DNA from: Candidatus Sysuiplasma acidicola | GTDB lineage: Archaea > Thermoplasmatota > Thermoplasmata > Sysuiplasmatales > Sysuiplasmataceae | Direction of reading: 5' to 3' | Assembly: GCA_019721035.1 (NCBI GenBank) | Contig: JAHEAA010000001.1 | Coordinates: forward strand, 39,991-103,990 | DNA length: 64,000 nucleotides | Part shown: positions 1 to 9,320 of the stretch, in pieces | How positions within the stretch are numbered: position 1 is the first letter of the stretch | How the letters are laid out: each line of letters begins with the position of its first letter | Made by a program: the position numbers and the translations under genes | Notes under the pieces: model-generated | The model's database searches: none | Told to the model about the DNA's origin: nothing | Seen by the model: only the letters and a program-made list of their open reading frames with translations

Positions 1-228
1 GCTGTCGAGCGCGTCGCCGTTCCCCCTCTCCTCCAGAATCCTCTCAAGCTCGGGTGAGGCATCAAAATGATCTTCGATTGCACGCTTCTCTCTTCCGGTG
101 ACAATTATGATGTCTTCTATGCCTGCGCTCACCGCCTCCTCCACCACATACTGAATGACCGGTTTGTCCACAACCGGCAGCATCTCCTTCGGCTGCACCT
201 TGGTCAGTGGAAGAAAGCGTGTTCCCAT
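1..228 (-). CDS. Partial sugar-1-phosphate nucleotidyltransferase (GalU/UTP-glucose-1-phosphate uridylyltransferase-like). The N-terminal part lies in the window and the rest runs off the left edge. The start is ambiguous.
   Basis: The reverse-strand translation of bases 1-262 reads ...[91 protein letters not shown]. This is the classic GalU/RmlA N-terminal motif (IPAAGxGTRFLP...PKEMLP..DKP.IQY). The only in-frame ATG is the M of MGTRF at 228. The conserved KAIIPAAG segment upstream has no canonical start before an in-frame TAA, and it overlaps the ugd stop at 260-262. Confidence 0.6.
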   Translation of the reverse strand, partial: MGTRFLPLTKVQPKEMLPVVDKPVIQYVVEEAVSAGIEDIIIVTGREKRAIEDHFDASPELERILEERGNGDALDS

Positions 229-259
229 TCCTGCGGCAGGTATTATCGCCTTCAGCGCA

Positions 260-1525
260 TCACCAGCATATCCCTTCGTAGTTCTTCGTCTTCGTTACCC
301 CCCTGCCGTCAACCACGAGCCTGCTGCCGTAAAGTTCCTGGTCAGAGAACTCCTTCCACTCCGTCACCACAACCACTGCGTCTGATCGTGCAACGGCGGC
401 GGTGGCTGATTCGGCGTAATCAATAGCAGGAAAGAGTTTCTTGAAGTTTTCCATTGCTGCCGGGTCGTACGCCACCACCTTCGCACCCTTTCCGATCAGC
501 GCCGAAACGACCTTTATTGACGGCGCCTCCCTTATGTCATCGGAGTCCGGCTTGAATGCGAGACCGAGCACGGCAACGGTTCTGCCGGAAACGGGTCCGT
601 GCTTCTCCAGAAGCTCAAGGAGTTTGAGTGGTTGCTTTTCATTCTGGGACAGCACGGCATCGATAATCGGTGTTTCTGCACCGAGTTTCCTCCCCATCAG
701 TGAAATCGCAGACGCATCCTTTCTGAAGCAGCTGCCTCCGAAGCCTGCACCTGCATTCAGAAAGAACGGTCCAATCCTCCTGTCCATGCCTACGGCCTTG
801 GACACGGTGCGTATGTCGACTCCAATCCTCTTTGCCACGTTTCCGAGCTCGTTAATGAGTGCGACCCTCGCGGAAAGGAAGACATTGGACGCATACTTGA
901 TCATTTCTGCAGTCGTGCAGTCCGTAAAGAGCATCGGCACATCGAGTGGGGCATAGAGCTTTTGCATGAAGTCCCTGGTCCTGTCGCCATTATAACCCAC
1001 AACAATCCTGTCGGGCTTCATGAAGTCACTGACCGCATCTCCCTCCTTCAGAAACTCCGGATTCATTCCCAGTCCGAAGTCTCTGCCTGCCTTTTTACCG
1101 CTGGTCATTTCGATAATTTTCCCGACAGTCTGAATCGTCGTGCCGGGGAGAACGGTGCTCTTGACAATCACTATGTGGTAACCGTCTTTATTTTTCAGTG
1201 ATGCACCGATCTCTTCAGAAACCTTCTCTATGTATTGTGTGTCCTGTGTTCCATCCTGTCTGGAAGGGGTTCCAACACAGATGAAGGTGATTTCAGTCGA
1301 TGCCACGGCGCTTTCAAGGTGGTTCGTAGCCCTGAGCGTTCCCCTTTTGACACCTCCTGATACGAGTGTGTCCAGATCTTTCTCGTACACCGTGGGTATG
1401 CCGGAGTTGATCAGCCTTACCTTTTCTTCGACCACATCAACAAGTGTGACATCGTGCCCCAGTGATGAAAAGCATGCACCTGTGACGATGCCAACGTATC
1501 CGGAACCAATCAATGACAGCCTCAT
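260..1525 (-). CDS. ugd: UDP-glucose/GDP-mannose 6-dehydrogenase, NAD-dependent
   Basis: 421 aa. N-terminal Rossmann motif [26 protein letters not shown]. The central [10 protein letters not shown] motif carries the catalytic Cys. Length and domain order are typical of Ugd. Confidence 0.9.
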   Translation of the reverse strand: MRLSLIGSGYVGIVTGACFSSLGHDVTLVDVVEEKVRLINSGIPTVYEKDLDTLVSGGVKRGTLRATNHLESAVASTEITFICVGTPSRQDGTQDTQYIEKVSEEIGASLKNKDGYHIVIVKSTVLPGTTIQTVGKIIEMTSGKKAGRDFGLGMNPEFLKEGDAVSDFMKPDRIVVGYNGDRTRDFMQKLYAPLDVPMLFTDCTTAEMIKYASNVFLSARVALINELGNVAKRIGVDIRTVSKAVGMDRRIGPFFLNAGAGFGGSCFRKDASAISLMGRKLGAETPIIDAVLSQNEKQPLKLLELLEKHGPVSGRTVAVLGLAFKPDSDDIREAPSIKVVSALIGKGAKVVAYDPAAMENFKKLFPAIDYAESATAAVARSDAVVVVTEWKEFSDQELYGSRLVVDGRGVTKTKNYEGICW

Positions 1526-1573
1526 GTAAATGGCATCAGGTCCGCAGAATATAATGCTTGCATATTGTCACCT

Positions 1574-2734
1574 TCAGCGCAAGCTGCGTCTTGCAAGCGT
1601 CATAAGAAAGTGATCGCCGAGCGAATTGAATGGCCATCTCTTCCCAAGCCACAGATCCGCATTCCTGAGCGTTTCCTGATGGCGTGAAAATTTTCTAGCA
1701 TAAGCATCCAAATCAGACGGAGGGAGGATCACAGGAACGCCGATTACGCTCTCCACTGTAAAAAAATCGTCAAAAATTTTCTCAACATCCTTAACACCGA
1801 ACGAATAAACGTCGATGCAGAATCTTGAATCACCCTCACGTACGGGCGCATTCATTCTCCTCAAGATTCTCTTGATTCTGAGAGAAAGCCCGTATCCGAT
1901 AATTTCCGAGAGGCAGTACTTGTTGTATATGCCTGCAACAAACTTTCCATTCTTCACGAGCAGGGCGTGTATTGCTTCCGGTATTCCTGAGAGTGACTCC
2001 TCGCAGTTGAGCGCGCCATAGGTGGAGTAGCATCCGTCAAAATAACCCTCCCCAAACTCCGAAACCAGCGATCCTATGTCACTCGCCCTCAACTTCCTTG
2101 TAATGATATGCTCCCTCAGTCCCTCATCTGCAGCCTTTTTGCTTACCACTTCGAGCATGACTGAGGAAATGTCCACAGCCACAACATCGTGTCCCTCCTT
2201 CAGCAACGACAGTGTTTCCATTCCCGATCCGCATCCAATCTCAAGCAGTCTCTTTGAGTGACTAAAAACATCTTTCATCAATGCCAGCGAGCGTTCTCTG
2301 AGGAGCATGTTGATACTGTTGCCAGTGATGTGTCCGTCATAATTATGCGCAACAGCATCAAACTCCGATTCCAGCCACCTGTAATATGTTTCCTTTGCAT
2401 CGGCGGCGTGAACGGACGGGGTGATCTTCACGATCCTGCCCGGTGCCGAAAACCACTGATTGTATTTCTCCTCTCCATATTTCCTGCGAAACATTTTGAT
2501 TACATTCTCTCTCTCCGCCTCATTCCCGACAAGTTCAGCTCTTCCTGAAATTGCTCGTCCTTCACGCTTCACCACTGCCTCCCCCTTTCTGAGTATTTCC
2601 GAAGGCCATCTTGAGTGATGCCCGGTGGACATAAGGAACAGGCAGTCTGAGCCTTCAACGTACGAAAGTGTCAGCCACCCGCCGGCCGCCGCCAGTTCAA
2701 CAGTGTCGCTTCTCTGCTGGGAATGCTGTTGCAT
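1574..2734 (-). CDS. Two-domain protein. N-terminal deazaflavin-dependent-reductase-like (DUF385/FDOR, PNPOx-like split barrel) domain fused to a class I SAM-dependent methyltransferase domain.
   Basis: 386 aa. The N-terminal ~115 aa match the DUF385 pattern (HSRWPSEIL..., EAERENVIKMFRRKYGEEKYNQWFSAPGRIVKITP, compare EeReelWprlvaayPgyaeYq...ReiPvvvLtP). The central part carries SAM-binding motif I LEIGCGSGMETLSLLKEGHDVVAVDIS and an acidic post-I motif. Confidence 0.65.
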   Translation of the reverse strand: MQQHSQQRSDTVELAAAGGWLTLSYVEGSDCLFLMSTGHHSRWPSEILRKGEAVVKREGRAISGRAELVGNEAERENVIKMFRRKYGEEKYNQWFSAPGRIVKITPSVHAADAKETYYRWLESEFDAVAHNYDGHITGNSINMLLRERSLALMKDVFSHSKRLLEIGCGSGMETLSLLKEGHDVVAVDISSVMLEVVSKKAADEGLREHIITRKLRASDIGSLVSEFGEGYFDGCYSTYGALNCEESLSGIPEAIHALLVKNGKFVAGIYNKYCLSEIIGYGLSLRIKRILRRMNAPVREGDSRFCIDVYSFGVKDVEKIFDDFFTVESVIGVPVILPPSDLDAYARKFSRHQETLRNADLWLGKRWPFNSLGDHFLMTLARRSLR

Positions 2735-2796
2735 GAATCTTCACTCTTAAAACAGCCGCTTACAGTATAAAAGTTGACGGCTCTCCTCAAGGGCAA

Positions 2797-3573
2797 TCAT
2801 GATATCTTGATTATCCTTCTATCCATTCCTCCCCATCTCACCGGAGAAAAAAACCCTCTCAGAAGTTTGATATAAAATATTGGTGTATATAGAATGTTTT
2901 TCGGCTTCCGGCTATTCATATGCATTAAAAGTATCACAATGAACGAATATATGAGCTGATGCGGACTCAAACCGGCACTGTTCCTAATCTGTGCCCCCTG
3001 CCACTCCGGCCAGTTCCTGTAACTCCGGTAGATTGAATCATGAGTCATGGAATCTTTGACATACCTTACCTTCAGCCTGGCTGCCGAAACAGCTCTCTGA
3101 ATGAAGTACGTTTCCCTTCCCTGAATTTCATCAGGTATGCGAACACTCTTGATGAATTCTGACCTGAACAGCGTTAATCCGAGCGGAAGACCATAAATGA
3201 ACGGATGGCCGTTTTCCACACCAACAACTGCCGCAGTCCTCCGGTTATCGAATCTCTCAATCGCTTCTCTATAGAAGTTCTTCCTCGTTATGATGACATC
3301 TCCGTCAAGGAACAATGTGAATTTGGTGCTGGCGAGGGATGCGCCAAGTGTTGTCGCATAACCGAGGCCCTTGTCCTCTGAATGTATCTCTGCACCAAAG
3401 CTTTCGCCTATCTCTGCTGTGCGGTCGGTGCTGTGGTGATCGATGATCAATATTCTGTTTATGGGCAGTGATAAGATGGCTGAGGAAATGCACTTCGACA
3501 GATATTTTTCGGAATTAAATGTACGTATAACTATGTCAACCGGAGGTAGTGTGCTGAGTTCAGCCATTGGCAT
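2797..3573 (-). CDS. Family 2 glycosyltransferase
   Basis: 258 aa. VDIVIRTFNSEKYLSKCI...LIIDHHSTDRTAEI...FLDGDVII has the GT2 DxD and nucleotide-binding architecture. Confidence 0.8.
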   Translation of the reverse strand: MPMAELSTLPPVDIVIRTFNSEKYLSKCISSAILSLPINRILIIDHHSTDRTAEIGESFGAEIHSEDKGLGYATTLGASLASTKFTLFLDGDVIITRKNFYREAIERFDNRRTAAVVGVENGHPFIYGLPLGLTLFRSEFIKSVRIPDEIQGRETYFIQRAVSAARLKVRYVKDSMTHDSIYRSYRNWPEWQGAQIRNSAGLSPHQLIYSFIVILLMHMNSRKPKNILYTPIFYIKLLRGFFSPVRWGGMDRRIIKIS

Positions 3574-3593
3574 CAGGCGTCGTATAATCGTGA

Positions 3594-3956
3594 GTGAAAA
3601 CGCACTATTTACGATTGTTTATATTCTTAACCGGGATCATGTGGATTGTAACAATCGTCAGCGTTAGCGTGCCGCCGGTTCTGGCATTACACAGTTGTGG
3701 TGAATCAGGGATGAAAATATATTCGGAACTGTTTCCGATAAAGTATCTCTTTTCAGACAAGGGAATCTGTTTTGGTCTGGATACGAAACGCTGCTCGTAT
3801 CTCTTTCTTCTTTCAAAGAAAGGCGTTATTTTCAGCAAGAGACCTGTAGGAGACAAGGTTGTTGAAAACCTGGGGTATGAGATTGATCTTATTGAGAACG
3901 CAATAAAAATCAACGGCAAAATCGACGGCAAACGTGAAGAAAGCCGTATGCCATAG
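3594..3956 (+). CDS. Hypothetical small protein with an N-terminal hydrophobic segment
   Basis: 120-aa ORF in an otherwise empty gap. N-terminal TM or signal-like stretch LFIFLTGIMWIVTIVSVSV. No recognisable domain. Confidence 0.3.
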   Translation: MKTHYLRLFIFLTGIMWIVTIVSVSVPPVLALHSCGESGMKIYSELFPIKYLFSDKGICFGLDTKRCSYLFLLSKKGVIFSKRPVGDKVVENLGYEIDLIENAIKINGKIDGKREESRMP

Positions 3957-3977
3957 ATAGGTTACAGGCTGCTATAG

Positions 3978-4973
3978 TTGCACCTGAGCCAGCCAGGAGT
4001 GATATGGTATTTGTCCGATGGTCTGACAATGCGTGAACAGAGCAGTGACGAGGAACATCCTGACGCCATAAGCACATTTGAGCGTTTTGACTTTCAATCC
4101 CTCTGGCGCGGAAGAGAGAAGGTCATTTCAACGGAGCGTTTCATTCTCACTTCTCTTCTCAGCAGGACAGATGGAAGAAGAACGCTGGAAATTGGGACCG
4201 GGGAAGGCAGGCTGTCCGGCGTTGTGCAGTTAAATTCGCAGGAATATGTGGGCACCGACATCAATCCCTCCTTTCTGAACAGAATCTCCAGCTCTTGCGA
4301 AAACAGGAAGATGAGACTCCTGTCTTCCAACCTTTATCATCTGCCGTTCAGGGATAATTCGTTCACCACTGTTGTGATGATACGTGTCTTCAATTTTCTC
4401 TCGAAGCCCGAATCGGCAATGCAAGAGATAACAAGAGTGCTTGCCCCCGGAGGCAGCCTGGTAATGTCGTATAATCCGAAACCTTCCATTGCCACTTTCA
4501 TTGATGACCTGAAGGCAATCCTCAGATATTCCAGCATGGTGGGGGACAACTGGAAACCTGTGACATTTTCAACCGGAGATGTTGTCCGTATCCACCCCTC
4601 GTCTATTCCTGCTTTCTCATTCAGTGTCCGTTATTTCGCCAGGTTAATGAGCGAATCGGGCCTTGCGGCTGTTGCTGAGAGCGCATCCGGCCTGGAAGAT
4701 TACAGATTTGTCGACAGGTTACCAGATGAGCTCTTTCAAAAGATGGCATTCTCTCTTTACCGCATGCCAATGATGCCGACAAGGTTCGTGCTGGCAAGAA
4801 AAATCAATGGCAGCGGTAAACTGATCATGGAGGCAGACTCAATGTATTGCTGTCCTCAATGCAGGAGTTCGATTTGGCTTGACGATGCCTCCACTCAGAC
4901 ATTCTGCGGCACATGTGGATTTCGGAGAGACAATTGCGAAGGATTGCCGGATTTGAGATATTTTCCAGATTGA
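3978..4973 (+). CDS. Class I SAM-dependent methyltransferase with a C-terminal zinc ribbon
   Basis: 331 aa. Motif I LEIGTGEGRLSGVV, then YVGTDINPSFL, then PFRDNSFTTVVMIRVFNFLSKPESAMQEITRVLAPGGSLVMSY. The C-terminus has CCPQCRSS...CGTCGF (CxxC...CxxC). The true start may be an internal Met. Confidence 0.7.
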   Translation: MHLSQPGVIWYLSDGLTMREQSSDEEHPDAISTFERFDFQSLWRGREKVISTERFILTSLLSRTDGRRTLEIGTGEGRLSGVVQLNSQEYVGTDINPSFLNRISSSCENRKMRLLSSNLYHLPFRDNSFTTVVMIRVFNFLSKPESAMQEITRVLAPGGSLVMSYNPKPSIATFIDDLKAILRYSSMVGDNWKPVTFSTGDVVRIHPSSIPAFSFSVRYFARLMSESGLAAVAESASGLEDYRFVDRLPDELFQKMAFSLYRMPMMPTRFVLARKINGSGKLIMEADSMYCCPQCRSSIWLDDASTQTFCGTCGFRRDNCEGLPDLRYFPD

Positions 4974-5067
4974 GTTGCCATTGCTTGCACAGACATAACC
5001 GTTACAGACCGGAACTATGTTGCCGGCACTCCCCGGCCGCCTTCAGCGCCGATAGACTTCATACAAT

Positions 5068-6384
5068 GTGATTTCATCCTATCCCTATCAGCCACTGCCA
5101 AAGGTTTTAACGATCGTAATATTCTCCCAGTGGTCAGGCATGACCGCTCGTTCTGTAGCGCCTTCTCTCACAACCCTCCTTGCATCTTCCGCCTCTTTCA
5201 TAGATGGCTACAATCTCATAATAATCGCACCTGTGTTGCTCATACTTGGCGGCACGCCTTTTACAAGCCATTTCAACACAACTCTCATTGCCTCCTCGGC
5301 ACTCATAGGCAACTTCTTCGGTGCATTCTTCCTTGGCAACCTGTCCGACCGTCTGGGCCGCAAGTACATGCTGGTCTGGGACATTGTTTTCTTTGTTGTA
5401 TTCGCGCTTGCGAGTGCTCTCTCATCCAATGCACTGGAACTGTTTGTTACGCGCCTTCTTCTGGGCATCGGCATCGGCGGCGATTATCCTATAGGATCTA
5501 CGCTCGTGGCAGAACATTCGCCTGCGGCGAAGAGAGGGAGACAGACCGCCAAGCTTGGTTTTTCATGGACACTGGGTTTCTTCACGGCGATACTCACTGG
5601 CCTGATATTCCTTCCCGTCGGCGCCGATTCGTGGCGGTTTATGCTTGCCGCTCCGGCAATTCCCTCGCTAGTCATCATACTGATGAGACAAAGGGCCATG
5701 GAATCGCCTCTCTGGCAGTCGGAGGTAAAGGGCAGCGCCAGGGCTGGAAAGTCATCTCAGATATTCGGCAGGACGCTGATAAGAGCGACCGCTTTCGCAG
5801 CCTCGTTCTGGTTTATTTTCGATGTAGTTCAATACGGCATAACAACATATGCCCCGTCTGTTGTGAGTGAAATTGGTTTTGCGAGTCACGAGTCATCTCT
5901 TGCCGGATCACTGCTCATAGCCGCCATCGAACTGGTCGCAACGCTCATAGGTATGCGTTATGTGGATGTGCTGGGAAGGAGGATACTGCTCATTGTTGGA
6001 TTTGCAGGAATAGCTCTTTCAATGTTTATCGCTTCCATATCCGACAATATCTTCATCTCCCTCGGCATACTCCTCCTTTTTGCGCTTTCAACCGGGTTCG
6101 GACCTGGTATAATAGAATTCGTTCTGCCCCCGGAGCTGTTTCCCACAAATGTAAGATCTTCGGGTGCCGGATTCGCCAATACAATGAGCAGACTCGGAGC
6201 AGTCGTCGGCGTTGTGGTTCAACCGGTTCTCAAACAGGATTTCGGCATTCATTCTGTGTTCCTGCTTTACGGGTTCGTCGCCATGTGCGGTCTCACCATA
6301 ACATATTTTTTCGCACCTGAGACAATGGGCATATCTCTTTCAGGCATGGATGATGCAGCGCAGGAACAGCCTGCCGTCGGCTGA
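5068..6384 (+). CDS. MFS transporter
   Basis: 438 aa, about 12 predicted TM helices. MFS loop signature GNLSDRLGRKYML between TM2 and TM3. The start may be at internal Met 5140. Confidence 0.8.
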   Translation: MISSYPYQPLPKVLTIVIFSQWSGMTARSVAPSLTTLLASSASFIDGYNLIIIAPVLLILGGTPFTSHFNTTLIASSALIGNFFGAFFLGNLSDRLGRKYMLVWDIVFFVVFALASALSSNALELFVTRLLLGIGIGGDYPIGSTLVAEHSPAAKRGRQTAKLGFSWTLGFFTAILTGLIFLPVGADSWRFMLAAPAIPSLVIILMRQRAMESPLWQSEVKGSARAGKSSQIFGRTLIRATAFAASFWFIFDVVQYGITTYAPSVVSEIGFASHESSLAGSLLIAAIELVATLIGMRYVDVLGRRILLIVGFAGIALSMFIASISDNIFISLGILLLFALSTGFGPGIIEFVLPPELFPTNVRSSGAGFANTMSRLGAVVGVVVQPVLKQDFGIHSVFLLYGFVAMCGLTITYFFAPETMGISLSGMDDAAQEQPAVG

Positions 6385-6458
6385 TCGCTCATCGTGCGCT
6401 TAATCCACAGTCTCATACAAATGATTAATAACTGTGAATATGAATTGAACGGCCTGGA

Positions 6459-7487
6459 TTGTTAATGGCGCTCGTTCCTGTCATTGAGGGATCAAGACTG
6501 CTTGTGGATTATGACGGCATCAGCAGCGCGGCTAAATCCAGGAAAGCAAAAACGGTCGCGCTGCAGCTGCCCGAAGGACTGAGGGCGTTTGCGTCACAGA
6601 TCGCCGGTAGAATAGAATCTTCCGCTTCAGTCGCCGTAATCATTGATTCGGAGCCATGTTTCGGCGCATGCGACATACCAACGCACCTGTTTGGTTCGGC
6701 GGACATGGTTGTGCAGCTGGGCCACACCGAGATGCCGAGCATCGGCGTTATGCCACGCATGTATTTTGCCAATATTTCTGTCGACATCGATCCGATACCT
6801 GTGGTCGAGAAGGCTATACCCCTTCTCAGCGGCACGGTTGGTGTTGTGACCACGGCCCAGCACATGCATTATCTCGACGGCATCATCTCATTCCTGAGGA
6901 GCAGGGGGGTGGAGGCGCTTTATTCAAGAGGTGATCGGAGACTCGGCGGATTCGCACAACTACTGGGTTGTGATTACACATCCGCGCGTGACATAGAAGA
7001 CAGGGTTGACTCCTTTCTCTATGTCGGGGACGGCGACTTTCATCCGATAGGTCTTGTTATGCTGAGCGACAGACCGCTCATTGCGGCTAATCCAATGAAC
7101 GGAACTGTGAGGACGCTGGATGCGCTCCGGGACATCATAATGAAGCAACGCCTGACGGCAATAGAGAGGGCCATGGGTGCGAAGTCGTTCGGAGTGCTGG
7201 TGAGCACGAAAGTCGGGCAGCGCAGGAGGGCACTGGCAGAAAAACTCGTATCCGAAGTGCAGGGCACAGGAAGAAGATCGTCGCTGATTCAGTCAAACGT
7301 CATATCGCCCGAACTTATCATGAGCTACGACTTCGACGCATTCACGTCCACCGCCTGTCCGCGGGTCGCAATAGATGATTTTTCGAAATACCCCCGGCCG
7401 TTGCTCACACCCATAGAAACAGAGATAGCACTGGGCATCAGAAAGTTTTCCGACTTCACTTTCGATCAGATACTTGCCGAACAATGA
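6459..7487 (+). CDS. dph2: Diphthamide biosynthesis enzyme Dph2, the 2-(3-amino-3-carboxypropyl)histidine synthase. This is a non-canonical radical-SAM enzyme.
   Basis: 342 aa, the same length as characterised archaeal Dph2. N-terminal VALQLPEGLRAFASQIAG, conserved Cys-containing segments (EPCFGACDI, TSTACPRVAIDD) and the three-domain layout. Dph2 is an archaeal and eukaryotic marker. Confidence 0.8.
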   Translation: MLMALVPVIEGSRLLVDYDGISSAAKSRKAKTVALQLPEGLRAFASQIAGRIESSASVAVIIDSEPCFGACDIPTHLFGSADMVVQLGHTEMPSIGVMPRMYFANISVDIDPIPVVEKAIPLLSGTVGVVTTAQHMHYLDGIISFLRSRGVEALYSRGDRRLGGFAQLLGCDYTSARDIEDRVDSFLYVGDGDFHPIGLVMLSDRPLIAANPMNGTVRTLDALRDIIMKQRLTAIERAMGAKSFGVLVSTKVGQRRRALAEKLVSEVQGTGRRSSLIQSNVISPELIMSYDFDAFTSTACPRVAIDDFSKYPRPLLTPIETEIALGIRKFSDFTFDQILAEQ

Positions 7488-7493
7488 ATGTCT

Positions 7494-8150
7494 CTATCGC
7501 CCTCTTTCATCTCCCCATATGTATTTGTGGAGCTGCGGCAGCACCCTGACCTCGAGGCCGTCCCTGAGCACTGTTTCTGCGAGCCATCCCATCTCTTTGC
7601 CACCCACAGGTGTCATTATGACTTCACACGGTATGCCGTTTTCGGACATCACCCTTCTGGCATATTCATAGTCTTTCCTGTCTGCAATTATGAATTTCAC
7701 CTGATCATGCCTGCCGAGTCGCTGCAGGTTGGAGAGCATGTTTCTGTCCTCCATCCCCGAACCGGGCAGTTTGATGTCCATGCTCACCGTTAGCCGCTCT
7801 GACGAGGGGAGACAAGACACATCGTACGCGCCGCTTGTTTCTACAACGACCCTGAAGCCTTCATCTAGCAGTCGGGTCGCAAGTTCGGCCGTTTCATCAC
7901 TCTGCATGAGCGGATCTCCTCCCGTGATGCATACATCCAGCACGCGCCTTTGTTTTGCCTCCGCTACAATGGATTCCACCGTCCACTCCGTTCCCTGGTC
8001 AGTGAGCAGAGCGTAAGGAGTGTCACACCATCTGCATCTGAGGTCGCAGCCTGCCGTGCGTATGAAGAGGGTTGGAAGGCCGATCATTATGCCTTCGCCC
8101 TGGATTGACTTGAAAATTTCATTTATTCTCATATTCCAACGGGTCCTCAA
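7494..8150 (-). CDS. queE: 7-carboxy-7-deazaguanine synthase QueE (radical SAM)
   Basis: 218 aa. INEIFKSIQGEGIMIGLPTLFIRTAGCDLRCRWCDTPYA is the QueE N-terminal Cx3Cx2C-variant cluster motif. Confidence 0.9.
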   Translation of the reverse strand: MRTRWNMRINEIFKSIQGEGIMIGLPTLFIRTAGCDLRCRWCDTPYALLTDQGTEWTVESIVAEAKQRRVLDVCITGGDPLMQSDETAELATRLLDEGFRVVVETSGAYDVSCLPSSERLTVSMDIKLPGSGMEDRNMLSNLQRLGRHDQVKFIIADRKDYEYARRVMSENGIPCEVIMTPVGGKEMGWLAETVLRDGLEVRVLPQLHKYIWGDERGR

Positions 8151-8805
8151 AACCCGCCTCCGTGAAACCCTTCAGTCTGAGAAGGCACGAATCGCAGACG
8201 CCGCACGCCTTCTCCCTTCCGTTGTAACAGCTCCAGCTCAGTTCATATGGAGCTCCAAGCTTTTTCCCCATCGACACGATGTCTGCCTTGCTCATGGATA
8301 TGAGCGGAGCGAGGACCACAGGCGATTTGCCTTCAATGCCCGCCTTTGTCGCGACTGCCGCCATCCTGTTAAATGCATCCAGGAATTCCGGCCTGCAGTC
8401 CGGGTACCCGCTGTAGTCCACGGCGTTGATGCCTGTATAGATGTGCCGGCATGCTCTTGCCTCTGCGATGGCAAGCGCGACTGCCAGAAACACAGTATTC
8501 CTGGCAGGAACGTAGGTCACAGGTATGCCTTTTGTTCCACCCACGGGCACTTCGACACTCGGGTCCGTCAGTGCGCTGCCGCCTATTTCGGAGAAATCGA
8601 CATTCATTGTTATCTGTTCGGCGCAGTAATGGCTTGCTATGCGGCGTGCAGCATCGACTTCTCTGGAATGCCTCTGTCCGTAGTCGACCGTCAGTGCTAT
8701 GAAGTGGATGTTCTCCGAATGCAGAAACGCCGCAACTGTTGTAGAATCAAGCCCGCCCGAGAGGAGCAGGACGGCCTCTCTCACGCCAGGTGACGTTCCG
8801 TCCAT
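8119..8805 (-). CDS. queC: 7-cyano-7-deazaguanine synthase QueC
   Basis: 228 aa. PP-loop LLLSGGLDSTTVAAFL, then DYGQRHSREVDAAR. The C-terminal Zn site is CYNGREKACGVCDSCLLR. Confidence 0.9.
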   Translation of the reverse strand: MDGTSPGVREAVLLLSGGLDSTTVAAFLHSENIHFIALTVDYGQRHSREVDAARRIASHYCAEQITMNVDFSEIGGSALTDPSVEVPVGGTKGIPVTYVPARNTVFLAVALAIAEARACRHIYTGINAVDYSGYPDCRPEFLDAFNRMAAVATKAGIEGKSPVVLAPLISMSKADIVSMGKKLGAPYELSWSCYNGREKACGVCDSCLLRLKGFTEAGFEDPLEYENK

Positions 8806-9257
8806 GCCTCCTGTCCCCTGCCTTCAGAAACGCCGACTGAAATTGATTTCACATTTCCGCCGAAAATGCCGCTTCCTGCGAGCTCCTCCGCGAAGTAGGC
8901 CGAGAGTTCCTCGGCGCTCACATTCTTCAGCGGCAGCATCACGACATCCGATACTGGAAAGATGTACCTCTTTCCGCCAAATTTCACGGAAACAGAATTG
9001 CCGCTCTGCCGTAAAGTCATAGACTTTCCCGATCCGGGCAAAAGCATCCTGTGGTCAATTCTGTCTATGAGTTTGTTGGCTGCCTCCTTCAGTTTCATGA
9101 AATCGAGTATTATGCCGTTCCTGTCCGGCTCGCCTTCCACCACTATTGTCAGCGCGTAATTATGTCCGTGCAGCCTGCTGCATTTCTCAACGGATGGAAG
9201 GAAATGCCCGGCCACAAACCTGATGCCCGCGTCCCAGCCGTTTATGGATATTTTCAT
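8781..9257 (-). CDS. queD: 6-carboxy-5,6,7,8-tetrahydropterin synthase QueD (PTPS family)
   Basis: 158 aa. MKISINGWDAGIRFVAGHFLPSVEKCSRLHGHNYALTIVVEG carries the Zn-binding His triad and the CxxxHGH motif of QueD/PTPS. Confidence 0.85.
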   Translation of the reverse strand: MKISINGWDAGIRFVAGHFLPSVEKCSRLHGHNYALTIVVEGEPDRNGIILDFMKLKEAANKLIDRIDHRMLLPGSGKSMTLRQSGNSVSVKFGGKRYIFPVSDVVMLPLKNVSAEELSAYFAEELAGSGIFGGNVKSISVGVSEGRGQEAWTERHLA

Positions 9258-9320
9258 TGAATTCTTCTCTCTCAGCAGTGCAAGAATCAGACAGTTTATG
9301 CATATTTAAGCGATGCGTCT

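Noticed and set aside
67-426. Two + strand ORFs (67-426 and 155-385, 119 and 76 aa) at the left edge
   Set aside because: They are antisense to the clearly homologous GalU-like and Ugd reading frames on the minus strand. Their translations are low-complexity (Arg/Pro-rich) with no motifs.
5130-5870. 246-aa + strand ORF in an alternative frame inside the MFS transporter gene
   Set aside because: It overlaps a well-supported 12-TM MFS reading frame. The alternative frame is Arg/Cys/His-rich, which is typical of out-of-frame GC-rich coding sequence.
8020-8793. 257-aa + strand ORF antisense to queC/queE
   Set aside because: queC and queE on the minus strand carry unambiguous family motifs. The antisense ORF is Arg/Cys-rich junk.
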